A program made the translations under genes and the position numbers. The notes under the pieces are model-generated. The model did no database searches and was not told the DNA's origin. It worked only from the letters and a program-made list of their open reading frames with translations. From Carpediemonas membranifera BICM (Eukaryota; Protista; Fornicata): DNA of 64,000 nt. Below are positions 46,504 through 59,404 of this stretch, one piece after another. The stretch spans positions 62,001 to 126,000 of the forward strand of contig JAHDYR010000028.1 of assembly GCA_019828565.1 (NCBI GenBank). The letters run 5' to 3'. How positions within the stretch are numbered: the stretch's first letter is position 1; every line of letters starts with the position of its first letter.

Positions 46504-47433
46504 TCACTCAAGTCCCTGCCTCTGAAACTCCTCTGCAGCTTCATCCAGCATCTCAGCGAGGTCCCTGCCCGTCATGCTGTCATCATCATCCTCCTCTGCA
46601 AGTCTCCGCCGCAAGGCCCTGAGTCGGTCGTTGTACATCTGCTCGCGGTTCTCCTTGAAGCATCCGGCGTCATGGAACGGCTTACCGGTAACAGGGTCTC
46701 TATACAAGGCGGGAAGGTCGTGCTTACAAAGCAGTGTGGTCACCCTGCTCTCTCCGGCCATCGGGTCATCCTCGCCGTCATCAAAGAGGCGCGGGGGAGG
46801 GGCCGGCAGTCGTCGCTGGACCACAGGCGGAGTGTACATGCTCGCTGCCGTGGGGAAGGCCACCGCAGTCGACTCCCCTCTGAACACAGTCCGAACACCT
46901 TTGGCACGGCCCTTGTCGCGGGGCCGCTGGCGCCTCCTCTCGGCATCCTCCATCAGCTTTGCCAGGGAGTTCTCCTGGACAATTATATTGAAGGCTAAGA
47001 GGTTGATGAAGTCCTCGGCTGGTAAACGGCGAAGCAGAGAGCGTTTCTTTCTCTTCCTCGGTGTCGACGTGGGTGTCTTGCGGAGCTCCTCCCGAATATC
47101 GCTCTCCTCGCGGGCCTGCTTAGTAGAAGCCCGTAGCGCTCGTTTAGGCTGCTCAGCAGGAGTAAACTGGACCTTTTTGGCCCGGGGCTTGGGCGTCTTC
47201 GGTTCCTTCGTGGGCTTGGGCGTCTTCTTCGCTGCAGCTTTCTTAGCCTTTGCTGGATCGACATAACCCTTCTTTTTTGGCTTCTTCTCCCGCTCTACAA
47301 CGGGTTCGGGCTGAGCTTCATCCGAAGACGGTTCGATGTCGAAGTCTGAATCCTCAATGAAGTCTTCTTCGGCTATACTGACGTCAGAGAAAGATCCATC
47401 ATCGTCTTCATCCCATATGCCATCGTCGTCCAT
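46504..47433 (-). CDS. VPS72: Vps72/YL1 family protein (SWR1/SRCAP H2A.Z chaperone subunit)
   Basis: Acidic N-terminus with DSDFD, basic region with RAST, and YL1_C motif PALYRDPVTGKPF. Confidence 0.7.
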   Translation of the reverse strand: MDDDGIWDEDDDGSFSDVSIAEEDFIEDSDFDIEPSSDEAQPEPVVEREKKPKKKGYVDPAKAKKAAAKKTPKPTKEPKTPKPRAKKVQFTPAEQPKRALRASTKQAREESDIREELRKTPTSTPRKRKKRSLLRRLPAEDFINLLAFNIIVQENSLAKLMEDAERRRQRPRDKGRAKGVRTVFRGESTAVAFPTAASMYTPPVVQRRLPAPPPRLFDDGEDDPMAGESRVTTLLCKHDLPALYRDPVTGKPFHDAGCFKENREQMYNDRLRALRRRLAEEDDDDSMTGRDLAEMLDEAAEEFQRQGLE

Positions 47434-48179
47434 ATTCGTCCGTTGGATGGGAAATAACGCTTGTCTGACGATCGATTTGTCAGAAAAAACACATCAATGC
47501 AGCCTACTCAGAGACGGCGGCTTGAGCTGAATCTCTATGTCTTTCTCCATGTAGGCCGAGTGGAGAATGCCAATCATCCTATGTTTATGTTCCGAGATTA
47601 GATTAGAACGACACATAAATGCGGCGGTCGCGTCAGACTGACCTTGGTAGCGCCTTGCCCTGAGGTCATGTCAACGCTTTGATAGCTGCGCGATGCATAA
47701 TGTGCAGCTGTGCGCGGCAAGAGCGGGCTCGCATCACATGTGGGCAATTCTGGCAAATGGAAATTTTGGACGAAAATGACCCCCCATGGTGTGACTCACA
47801 GATGGGGCTCCACGCCGCGGGCTTGCCCTCCCGCATACACTCGCCAACCGCCAGCAGCTGCTGGGTCGTCCAAGTGTATCATCTAGGCTCACTGTCCTAG
47901 GTCCATCTGATGTCCGCGCGGCAGTCTCACACCGCCCGCGCGCTCCTAGCTAGAAGCCGGGTTCCGCGCCGTGTAAGGTGGCGCGGATGTCCCGGTGTGC
48001 AGCAAGGGCCAGAGGCCAATGCAATACCACGGATCCGAAGACGCCGTGGCGCACAGCTAGGATTTTGACATCATAAAATGGTGGCGGACTTACCTTGTTG
48101 CCGCTCCAGGGTCCCGTCGGCGCACCTGATTGATGTTGTTTAGTTCGGCACGAAGAAGTGACCGAAACTGAGAGAGTGA

Positions 48180-48525
48180 AAGCGAGGAATCGTGATCTAT
48201 ATGTGGTAAATGAGCATCCTACGCAGATATAGCAGCAGAGGTGCTTGGAGAGCAATGATTCGAGCGCGCGAAAGAATGTGCGAAAAAAGATGGCGTATTC
48301 TGCGCGGCACAAAATCCAGAAGTACAAGAACGCCATCAAGGCCGATGTGCGCCCTATGGCGCTTGGCGCCGATGGCCTCATCGCTGGGTAGTCACTGAAT
48401 TTCCTCAAGGAGATCGCTGCAATGGCGGGCTCCTCGTCGCGCTATCTGTCTCAGTCGCCGAGTCGATGGGACATCCACCGGCTCAAATTCGACATCGCCG
48501 TCACACTCGCTGATGGTAACTGCCG
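48180..48525 (+). pseudogene. Degenerate RLE-domain C-terminus of a CRE/R2-type element
   Basis: Own translation: KIQKYK...PMALGADG..G*..FLKEIA...IAVTLADGN. Confidence 0.55.
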
Positions 48526-49580
48526 GCTCTACAACGACTCCAATGGGGCGACTGACCCCTCCTTTTAACCCTCCTCGATTTGAAGAGATTGCCGGGCGCG
48601 GTGTCCAGTGGCGAGATGAAGTGCGAGTGTGTGTGAGTGTGCAGGTGTGAGACGTCAGTATCGGACCCCGGTGCGCTGCTGATTGGCTCGACTTTGGCGA
48701 GGCTGATTCATCGAGACGAGACCAAGGGTCAGGGTGAAGGTTATAAGTATAAGTATAATTCGACTTCACCCGGCAGTCATGGGCAAACCCTCGGCCTCGT
48801 CTACTATACCATCTACTCCCAAGTAGTGGCGCCCGTGTGTCCGGGCTGTGCGTGGATTGAATCATCCTGAATCGTCATTTTCGACGACTCAGCAATTAGG
48901 GTTGGCAGTTTAAAGAATATTGATGGGTCAGGCATCCTGTATGAGTTTCTCTTAAAGTGCAATGGTGTGAGTTTCAGCCCTCTCCGAACTCTATTCGTCA
49001 TGTTCGATGTCCGTCGAGATCGAAGATCGGGCCGACTCCAAACACATACTTCCAGTGTGCGTCCGCTGGTAATGGCCCGGATCCAGATGTAAGAGGGCTA
49101 TACAAGCTTTATGGCAGAGCGACAGCGATTCGACGGTTGTAGTCGAGGTGACGGCATCGCTCAGCTTCGGACCCTCTCTCGGGACTATTTCGAAAGGCAG
49201 ATGAACATGTCACCAACCAAATTGATGGCCGATATAGCATCGGGCTGGGCTCTAAAGCATGCATTCACGCACCATTTTGACTGATGGTGTCTGGGTTGAC
49301 ATGGTCTGACCGATTTCGCTGTGCGCCAGAGGGCTAGCCTCCCGGCCTGCTCTCGCGCATGCTTGGTCCCTCTTCTCCCCTGTGTTGACTTGCTCTGACT
49401 GTTCTCTGGCAGTATCGGTGTGGGCAGGTCATTCGGGGCCGAGATGTGACTCGACCCCCAAAATGGCGAGTCGGACGCGAACGGACAGCGCTCTCTGAAG
49501 TCAGGAGCCAGAGGCTTCTGCGCAAGCGTTGCAGCATTTATCACCCACAGACAATGAGACCTTCGGAATAAGTTTATAGC

Positions 49581-50138
49581 TTACTCGTCGTCGGGGATGG
49601 GGCCACGCTCCTGGACGTAGGCACCATCAAGGAACTTACGGAGATCCTTGTTGCGGACGCGAGTGCACTGCTGGATGGAAGCAGCGGTCTGGGAGACGGC
49701 GGCAATGTCGTTGCCCTCAAGGACGATACCATCCTTGGAGTTGGGGTCACGGGTGGCGGTGACGCCGTCCTGGAGCTTGACAACGCGGACCATCTTCTCG
49801 CCAAGGAAATGGCGAAGCTCAACAGTGCGCTCCTTCTCGTTGATGGTGGAGACGATGTTAAAATGAGCAGCGGCGCAGCGGAGCTTGTAGCGGTAGCCCT
49901 TGGTGACACCAGTGATCATGTTCTGGATGTGGGAGGCCACAGTGCGGAGGAGGGCAAGCTGGGCGTTGTTGTTGAACCAGGTGGTCACGACGATGGCGTC
50001 CGCCTTGGACTTGAGCTCAACGTTGGCGTGCTTGAAGCTCTTGACGAGCTGGCCACGGGGACCAGAGACGCGAACGACACGGCGCCCGCACTCAATGCGA
50101 ACGCCCTCGGGGATCTTGACAGTGAGAGAAGAGTCCAT
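49581..50138 (-). CDS. RPL9: 60S ribosomal protein L9 (uL6)
   Basis: IPEGV, GPRG, NMITGVTKGYRYK, HFLGEK, KDLRKFLDGAYV; start taken at MDSSL. Confidence 0.97.
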   Translation of the reverse strand: MDSSLTVKIPEGVRIECGRRVVRVSGPRGQLVKSFKHANVELKSKADAIVVTTWFNNNAQLALLRTVASHIQNMITGVTKGYRYKLRCAAAHFNIVSTINEKERTVELRHFLGEKMVRVVKLQDGVTATRDPNSKDGIVLEGNDIAAVSQTAASIQQCTRVRNKDLRKFLDGAYVQERGPIPDDE

Positions 50139-50738
50139 ATCGCTGTGTAAGAGGGATGGAAAGAGGAAGTTCCACTGCGATGATCGCTTTGAGGGCAAAT
50201 TAGAAGCCAAAATGATGCCCCAAAGACGATGCAGAGGTTCGGGAAACAAACCAGCAACCGGTTCCTCAAGCTGAGATTTTTTTTCCGTGCAGGAAAACAT
50301 AATGTTACATGAGGCCTTTACGGTAATGTATACTGACAAAAAGACCAATGTGTATCTTGTGCTCGATGTGGTCTACTTGAGGTCGGCCAAGACGCTCCCA
50401 TACCTTGATCATTCCCAGTCTACCCCGAGACCTTGCCCGGACGGGGCCACTGAGCCCCACGACATGGCGACTGCGGCCACAACTTCCATTCAGGAGCTGG
50501 AAGAGCACCTAGACAGGGTGGCCGTCCTATCCGACCGTCTCCACGCCCTCGTGTTGAATGCGTGACCAGGGCCGTCGGCCGTTCGACCCTCGTCGGGCCC
50601 CCAGCGAAGCCAAGCCAAAGCTCTAGCTGCGCTGTTTCGGCAATGCTGTGGGCAGGTCGGAAACCGCCGCTCGGACCCCGAACTCAGGCAAGATGTGGCT
50701 GGATCAAAGGAAAGGTTGTCACAAGATCCCAATGGCGC

Positions 50739-51548
50739 CTAGCGCCGGTGTTTACGTATTATTTGCCAGGCCAATGGATCTCTAGGCTCCTCATCTCCAT
50801 ACATGACGCGCCTGATGCCATCTGTCTCGCTCATAAGCCCGCTGTCTGCGGCAACAGGGTCGGCTGCCCCGATCGACAGCAGACCAGACTCAAGCGACTC
50901 CGCCAGCTCAAAGAGCGCCGTGTCCCTGGTGGCATCCTTCCACGCGGGAATGACTATGTTCTGCGTGGGCACGAACCAGCCTGACCCCCGAGAAGCTGAG
51001 AGAAGCGTAACGTCATCACGCCCATTCAGGAATTTTGGTGAAACCACCTTGCGAGACCACCACCGGCCACGCTTGAGGCTGGGGTGCTTATCAATCGTGC
51101 GGGTAACAACCTTCCCCGCCGGATCGATGCCGGTGACGATATTCTTCGCCATGGCGGCCGGGTAGGAGGTGTACAACACAACATCATACCTTCCATTCAA
51201 TGCATCGATGAACTCGGCGGCTCCTGGGCGCAGTCCGAGGGTTTTGACGCCTCTCTGAAGGTGTTTGCCGATCAAGACAGAGTCCATGTCAATAATGAGC
51301 GTCGGGAGCGTCGCTGGAGCTAGTTGTGATCTAGATTCAGTGATGATAGATGCAAGACGATGCAATGAGGATGGTGTGAGACACTGCTTTGCTGTGTTAC
51401 TGGCGAATGGCTGTCACGAACCTTCACGGATGCCACGGACGTGCTCCTTCAGTACTTCTCGCTTATCCGGTTGATATGCATTAAAACTAAAGTATCCAGC
51501 CGCAACACCGATTGCTAAGGCCGTTGTGACGTGCCCACGAGTGACCAT
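50739..51548 (-). CDS. NIF/FCP1 HAD-domain protein with an N-terminal hydrophobic segment (Tim50-like); 30-nt intron 51392-51421
   Basis: TLIIDMDSVL, LRPGAAEFI, VVLYTS, IDP, D..L.EL...LE; splicing joins an upstream exon MVTRGHVTTALAIGVAAGYFSF in frame. Confidence 0.7.
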
Positions 51549-51577
51549 TGGGATGTGCAGTTTAAGTTTTATATAGC

Positions 51578-51730
51578 TGTGCTATTGAAGGGTCCAACAA
51601 TGGGTTTATACTGCGCAACACTGCCCTGTCTCCCTCCTACTCACGTCTTAAGTCGGTAGGGAGATCGTCTTCTCCAGGGCTTCCACAAAGCGTCTTCTTC
51701 GTGGACGTGAGCACAGCTGCAAACATCACA
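51578..51730 (-). repeat. LTR-like remnant related to the element C LTR end
   Basis: TGTGCTATTGAAGGGTC.AACAATG.GTTTA shared with C; far boundary uncertain. Confidence 0.45.
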
Positions 51731-53301
51731 ATCGCTCACACGTCGTCTCATTGTCTTCTATTCCACATTAAATTCACTTCTACACTTGTATATGCTGGTA
51801 ATGGTGTTCATCGTCTGCTCTTATATGTCATCTTCATCAATGTGTGGGAGCCCTAAGCGTGAAGAGAATGGAGGTATTTACATAAACTGCACTTATAGGT
51901 ACCTCTGCTGGTACATCCTGCCCTCCCGAGTCCGCTGCAGCCACTCACGGGTGGGTACGGCTGCCATGACGGACTCGTTGTCCGGACCCTCGCTGGAAGA
52001 CTCGTCGTAGCCGAGCCACTTGACGATAAGGTGGCTGGGATCGGCTTCATCGACGCCCAGGATGGCTTCGACGTAGTACTCCTCGGCGTCACCGGCCTGG
52101 AGAGCGGCCAGTTGGCCGTTGGGCTCGGTGGCCTCGACTCGGATTGCCTGATCGGCGTGGATGACCTTCTCCTCGCCGCCAAGCAGTGGCGAGATGCTGA
52201 TGGCGTGGTGGTCGCGCACTGCGAGGACCTTGAACGGGCCAAGGTGGCCGTGCAGCTTGGACGGCCGTGGGTTCAGGGCCAGGACGATATCGCCAGGTGC
52301 GACTGGGTCGTCTGGAGTGATCTTGCGGCGGCGCAGATGGTCCGCCTGTGAGTCAGCAGCTCGCTCGGCGACTGACTGTAGGTGTTCGTCCAGGGCTTGG
52401 ACGTAGGCGGCCGCGTCGGTGATCGGGTCGTCTGGCTGTTCGGCTTGCTCTTCCCCCTCGAGGGCGAATCGGCGCGGGGTCGCCTGTAGGCCGTTCAACA
52501 TGGCCATCGGTGCAAAGCCGGTCGTGGTGTGTGGCGTCGTGGTCAGTAGGAGCTGCACGTAGGGGAGCACGGCGACCGACCATCGGTCAAACTGGTCGAA
52601 TAAGGCGCACAGAACGCGGAGGTGCCGCTTGATTTCCTTATTCCGGCGCTCCACGAGGCCGTTGCTGGCCGGGTGATATGGGATCGTGCGGTGGTGGGAC
52701 ACCTTGAGGTACGCGGTCAGCTCCTGGATGACGCGGTTGACATATTCCGTGCCGTTGTCGCTGAGGATGTTGGCCGGAAGGCCGTGCCGGCAGAACACGC
52801 CGTGCCAGAGCGCATAGGCGGCTGGCTGGGCGCCATTGGACGGGGCTGCTACCACCTCGTGAAGAGGTCTGTCATGACGAAGATGAAGCGGTTACCCTGT
52901 GAGTCTCGTGGCAGTGGGCCCACGGTGTCGATGGCTACCGTGTGAAAAGGCGTTGTCGTCATGGTCGTGTGGAGCAACCGCTTCATGAAGTTGTTGAGGC
53001 GGGTCTTCTGACAGAGAACGCAGTGCCGGATTCGGGTGGCGACGTCGTCGTGGATCCCGATCCAGGTCAGGGATAGGCCATGTATGTTCTCGACCGTGGT
53101 CCTCTCGCCTTGATGGTAGCGGTGGGCGTCGGCGAAGATGGAGCTCTTCAGCTCGGCTGCGGTGCTCGGGACGAGGAAACGTCCGTCCTTCTTGACGATT
53201 CCCCCCCGCGATCGTGAAGTGTGGGCCGGCCCAGCTGTCTCTCTCGGCGGTCGGAACTCGTTGCTGGGCCTGGCGGATGGTCTCGGTGACCGACGTGTCC
53301 A

Positions 53302-56300
53302 AGAAAGAAAGAAAGAAAATTTATGGTGCCTGGTATCGGGCCCCGGTTACTTAGGCTGATCTCCCTTATTACTGGAGCCGAGTTCCCCGGGGCGCTGCCT
53401 CCTCCCTGCGATTGGACTTGTCAGCTGCGTCCAACGAGCGATTCGGTGCTACTGCTTCCGCTCACTCCCGATTTCACTTCCCCCCATAGGCCTTCGCCAT
53501 CTCCGTGCGCTGAGCGCTTTCCTGTCTCCCTGTAAACCCGGCAGCTTCCAGGGAGCCTGGGGGTCTGTCCTCGGTGCTTCCACAGGCAGGTTTGTCCTGC
53601 AAGACCTTCTCTATAGCACTCCCTGATTCCCTGCAGTCCCTACGGGGTCGTTCAAGCATGGCACCCTCTCCTCTTTCCAGATTCCCTGTTCAGTGCCCCC
53701 ACGACCCTGTTAAGTGGCCTACCCGTGGGCGGGGAAAGCAACTAAGTCCCTCTCATCTACCCCCTGTTAGGCGGCGTGGGCTAGGGCTAACACAGACTCT
53801 AGATCTGCAAGGCCTAGTACCCCTTATGATAGTTCTCTTGTGCTACACTTCCCAGCGTCCCTCTATCGTTCACAAGGGCGGCGGGGACGTCATGTCCCCC
53901 CGCATCCCATGCTCAGTCCCTGCAGTTTCCTTAGGTTCACCGCGAGTGGTGCAACCATCCAATTGATGGATTTCCTCTGTCCCTGGCCCTGCCCTCTCCC
54001 TGGGAAACATGGGGGGTCTCCCCTTGATCCCAGAGTCTATGCTTCCCTGCCCCCTTTCTGGATGTGGTGTTCCTTATCTATCCATCTATTCTATAGCTAT
54101 CATAGACCTTTGCCAGGGCTCTCAGCCCAGCTCGCAGTCCTTCCCATATCTCTTCCGACCCTGTTAACACTAGTTGTTGCACCTCTAAGATTGGCCTCTT
54201 CTCATACCACCTCCCATTCGGGCCTCTTCTGACTTGCAATTCCCTGGTCCTCTCCTTAGCTGTCTTCCATATCTTTTCCCAGTCATCTCCTCTTTCAACC
54301 TCTGGGCACTCACACATAATGTGGGCCGCCGATCCCAGCGGCTGACCCCTTACCCACTCCCCTGATTAGTGCCTGCTTCCTGGCTTGGTTTGGCTGCTCT
54401 CTCGCTATTTGCCACAGTAACTCTATCTCGCTCTCCTTTGTGCACAGGGGGCACCTCCTTTGTATCTTGTGTTTGAGTTCCTCACCCATCGCCAGGTCCG
54501 CCAGCGCTCGCTCTGGGCCTTCTCCCCTTTCCGCTGATGATGGAGACGGGCTGACATTCGCTGCCACCGACACTATCCTTTTCCACTCTGCCCTTGACTG
54601 CCACTTCCCTGTCTTCCTACTTATGGCCGGTTTCCCCGCCATGCACTTTCCCATACGTTTGGGTCCTAGGACTTCCATGAGCCCCACCGCTGTCTTGCTC
54701 TTGCACCTCCTGGTCCAGTTCATTCTTACCATCTCCCTACCAAAGTCTATCTTCCCTGCATTCGTTGCTCCCTCTCTTGTTCCTCTGAGGAGTGCGTTCA
54801 CTGAGTCCCTGGCTTTCCACATAATCGATCCCTCCTTCCAGACCCTGTCTCTGATTGGTATATCCTGGCCCCTGCTTGTCACGATCCTCTTGACTGCTAG
54901 CATCTCCAGGTGGGCTTGCAGGTCCATCCATCCGTTCAAGATGCGCATGACCGAGCCCCCACCTGGGCCTGTTCCGGCCATGATGCCCTGCCAATCCGTC
55001 CATATCTTGTTCCCCCCTGCTGCGTAGCCCCACACCTCCACTCCAAACATTATCCTCGGCCATATGTAAACTTCGAGGAGGAGCCTGCTGGCTAGTGCCG
55101 GCATGTTGCCTCTGGTCCATCCCACTCTTCTCACTAGCTTCTTGTACCTTTCGCTCTGCTCCCGCTTCTTTCTGATACAGGCTGCCAGTGGGTCTTTTCC
55201 GCTGGCAATCCAGAGACCTAGGTACTTAGCTTCCTCTTTTGCCATTAGGGTAACTCCCCCCACTCTCGCCACTGCTGCCCTGTCTACACTGATCATCTCA
55301 CTCTTTTGTGCATTTGCCCTCATGAGGTGCTCCTTGATAACTTCTATGACTAGGTTCGCCACTATCTTGCTCTTTTCCGGTGTCTCCCCTGTGACCGCTG
55401 TATCGTCCACGAACATGGTTAGGGTGGCCGGCAGCGTGTCCCGGACTCTTGGTAACTCCGTTGGTGGTTCCCTGATATCGTACTCTTGTCCCTGATGCTT
55501 CTTCCCTGACCAGGTGAGGCCAGTTTGCCATGAACAAAACGAACAGGGTCGGCGCTAGGACACATCCTTGCTTCACTCCCCTGTTTGTTCTCTCCCATGA
55601 CCCTGCCCCCTTCACCGAGATCCATGTCTCTTCTAGTGTACTCTGTATTGCCCTGATGAGGTGGTCTTCGACCCCCATTCCCTGCAGCTTATCCATGAGG
55701 ATGTCCCTCGGGACGGTGTCATAGGCTTTCTCTATGTCTAGGAAGATCGACGTGGTCTCCCCCCCTTCCTGGTGTCTCTGCACGATGTATTGTATCTGTT
55801 GTATTACGTCCTTATCCGATTGGAACCCTGCTTGCTCTCTTGGGATGAGGTTCCATGTGGCTGCTTCTAATCTTCTCTTCAGGAGCCTACCATACACCCT
55901 ATACAGTAGTGGTGCTTAGCGAGATGGGTCTGTACGACTCCGGCTTCACTCTGGGCTTCCCTGTCTTGTGGATGGCCGAGACTGTAGCATACTTCCATGT
56001 TGTCGGGATCTTGCCCTCCCTGTATACCCTGTTCATGAGCCTAGTTATCTGAGCGATCCCCTGGTCATCTGTGTCCCTGAGCATGTCCCCTGTAGTGTGG
56101 TCCGGTCCCGGTGCAGTGTCCCTCTTTATCCTTCTGATCGCTTCTCGTATTTCTCTCTCCTTAAATTCGTCCTCCCTCTTTCCATTGCCTCTATCCTTCC
56201 ACTCCGGTTCCCTGCCCCTGCTCACTCCTGCATACTGTTGTAGGAGGATCTTACCTATTTCTTCCTTGTTGGTGGTAATCTTCCCGTCCTTCAGTATGCT

Positions 56301-56867
56301 CTCTGGCATGCCCTTGAACTGGTTTTCACACCACCATCTTCTTACCGCTGCTTCCACCATGGACCTGGATGCTTTGTATCCTTCCTTCGCGCTCCGGCTG
56401 AGGTCCTGGATCCACTCTTCCCTGCGTTTTCCCCAGAAGGCCTGTAGCTCACGCTTCATGATCTCACTTCTGGTCTTGTTTCCCTCTTCTGTCCATGGTG
56501 TGTGCCGGAGTTCCGACCACACCTTTTCTTTGATGACCTCTTCCCTGTCTCCACTGCCTGGGTGACCTGACGGCTCGCCCATATCCTTCCTGATATCCTC
56601 CTCCCACTCATCCAGGCTCTTAAAACGGTGCAGTCTTCTGACTGATGTGCGTTCAGCCTTCTTCCTCATGTTCCACACTCTGACGCCCGGTATGTCTAGG
56701 ACTTCCTCTCTCTTTGTAGTCCGTTGGATCCGTTGTTCCCTCCATTCCAGTCTTATCATGTTGTGGGCTGACCCCCAGACTCCGAGTCGACTAGCATCCA
56801 GTACTTCTATCCTTGCTCCTCTGATCCCTGATGATACCAGCGCGAAGTCCGGAGTGGTAGTTCCCTT
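53302..56867 (-). mobile_element. 5'-truncated APE-RT LINE ('L-c', RT-containing relative of L-b); 16-bp TSD
   Basis: GTGACCGACGTGTCCA at 53286 and 56868; (TTTC)n tail; YRPISL, DIEKAYD, GVKQGC, FVDD, CPLC...HxxCEC. Confidence 0.93.
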
Positions 56868-59404
56868 GTGACCGACGTGTCCACGTCGTCGATGGCTACA
56901 GCTGGCTTGTCAGGCGTGTACCGGCTCAGGAAGTCTGCGACCTTGTTGTCTTCGCCTGCGACGTGAACGATGTTGAAGCGGAACTCGTCGATGATCGCGA
57001 GCCAGCGCGTGTGCTTGCGTGTCTCGGGTGCCTTGACCGTCAGGTAGATGAGGTTGCGGTGGTCCGTACGTAGCGTCAGATGCGCGTGGGCCTTCAGGTA
57101 GGGCGCTAAGTCGGGCCTGGAGAGGCAGTAGACGATACCAAACATCTCCTGGTCGAACGTCGACCAGCGTGACTGCACTGGCGTGAATAGCTTGGAGTAG
57201 TAGCTGATGACCCGGGGCGGTCCCTCCGGCATCACCTGCCACAGAACTCCGCCGACGCCTGTCAGGCTGGCGTCGGTCTCCAACACCCACGGTTTCTCGA
57301 GGTCTGGGTGTACTAGCATCATCTCGCCTGTCAGGAGTTCCTTGATGTTGTTGAACGCCTTGGCCTGATCGGGGCCCCACTGCAGCGGGTCTCCTTGCGC
57401 CACGGCAGTGTGCAGCGGCTTGAGATGGCGTTGAGCGTCTGGCATGAACGTTGCGATGTATGCGATCTGGCCAATGAACGCCCGGAGAGCTGTGACGCAG
57501 GTGGGGGCCTCGATGCGTATGATGCTATCGATGCGAGATGGGGCAACCTTGAGGCCGCGTGGGGTGACGATCGTGCCCAAAACCTCGACCTCCGAGTAGC
57601 CGAAGAAGCATTTCGAGGGCTTGAGGCGGATGCGACGTTGCTCCATCTTGTCGAGGAAGCGGCCGACCTTGGTGCAAAGCTCGTCTGGGGTGCGAGCTCG
57701 TCCGAACACGTCGTCAACGTAGTTGCGGGTCTCATCTCGGGCTAAGTCGGAGATGGCGTCTGCCATGTCACGTTGGAACTGGCTGGGCAGGTTGCGGAGC
57801 CCGAATGGCGCGAAGTTGTATTCAACAAACCGGCCGGGCATGACGATGGCCGTGAGAAAAATGTCTTCGGGGCACATGGGCTGTTGGTGGAATCCTTGCT
57901 TGACGTCTGAGGTGAAGAACCACTTGGAGCCGGCCACGTCGGCGAGGAACGCCTTCGCGTCGGCCATAGGGAAGCTGTCATGAATGGTGGCCTCGTTCAG
58001 CTGGCGGTAATCTCCACATGGGCGTAGTTCTCGCTCGCCCTTCTCGTTGCACTTCTTGCGGACGACCACGAGTGCGCTGGCGACCGGGCCATCGGCGTCA
58101 CGGCAGATGCCTCGCTCCTTGAGATCGTCGAAATGGTTGTGGACCTCGCGGAGGTCATCTGGATGAAGCGGCCTGGGCTTTTGGTGTGGCGTGCGTGCGT
58201 TAGGTTTCAGTCTGATGGTGACTGGGGGCAGATCCGCTCCGCCCGGGTCAAAGGGGCCAAAGACTGCCTTGTGGCGTATGATGATCGCCTTGAGCTCTTG
58301 ATAGTGCGGGAAGTCGGGGTTGACGTGCACCTCGTCGACTGCTTGGGTTGCCTCGGCGTCGGCGGTGACGTCATCGACACGGCCTGGCGGCGTGTCATCG
58401 AGGTAGGCGTGGTCGGGGAGTCCGTCATTGTCCTCGTCGTCATCGTCCCTGCGCAGGTCAATGTGGATGCCCTGCGCGTTCATGAGACCGAGGGCGGAGA
58501 GGACGTCAGCGCCGATGAGCACCTTGTGCTTTGGGCCTCGGATGATGGCCAGTGGCTGTGCTTCGAGTGTCGGGCTACGGTCCAGAGAGGTAAGCTGGAG
58601 GTTGACCACCAGCGCGAGGCCTGTGGTGATCACTTCCTGCGACGCGTTAAGTGCCAGAACGCTGGACGGAGCGGTGCTGAGGGGCACGATCCTCTGGAGG
58701 GTGGCGACTGTGGCTTCTGAGATGCAGCTCACTGTGGCTCCCGGGTCGACCTTGGCCTTGGTTGCCTGGCCGTTGATCTGGATGTCGATGATCATCTCGG
58801 ACGTGACGTCATCAACTTGGCGGAAGCTGCGCTCCATCTGCCCGCTCTGCCCGCGGGACCAGTGTGGCGTGAACTTAGGCTTGCTCTGTCCGGCTGGCTG
58901 ACCTTGTTGACCTTGCTGCGCCTTGGCCGGCTGGCCTTGCTGGCCCTGGCCTTTCTGTGTCTGCTGGCCGTCCGCCCCTGCCTGCTGGCGGGTCTGTTGA
59001 GCCTGTCGGGATTCCTGGGGTTTGTCCTGCTGGCGTTGGCCTTGGCCCTGAGACGAGCCGCCACCTCGGCGAGCGTGCCGTAGGTTGTGGCCTTGGCCTG
59101 GCGGGGGGGCGCCGGTCGGCGGCCGCGGCGTGACGGCGCTCTTCCGGACATAGTCGAGACGAGAAGCCTTGTAGTGCAGCTCTTCCTGCTCGAGAGCGAT
59201 GCTCATGGCCTTTGAGAGGACCTCATCGGTCTTTCGCTTAATGCTCTTGAGAGTCAGCACAACTTCGAGGTCGCGGGCGACGTTGGCGGCGGAGACCGCC
59301 TTCGCTTGCTTCAGGCAGGCGACGTACGCGTCCACCGCGAGGCGATGGTAGCCCTTCGCGGTTGGAGTGAGGTCCGCAGACACCTTGCCGTCCTTCTCCT
59401 CCGT

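Noticed and set aside
50139-50348. N-terminal extension of RPL9
   Set aside because: No similarity to uL6 and it starts at a non-ATG codon; the internal ATG at 50138 gives a normal length.
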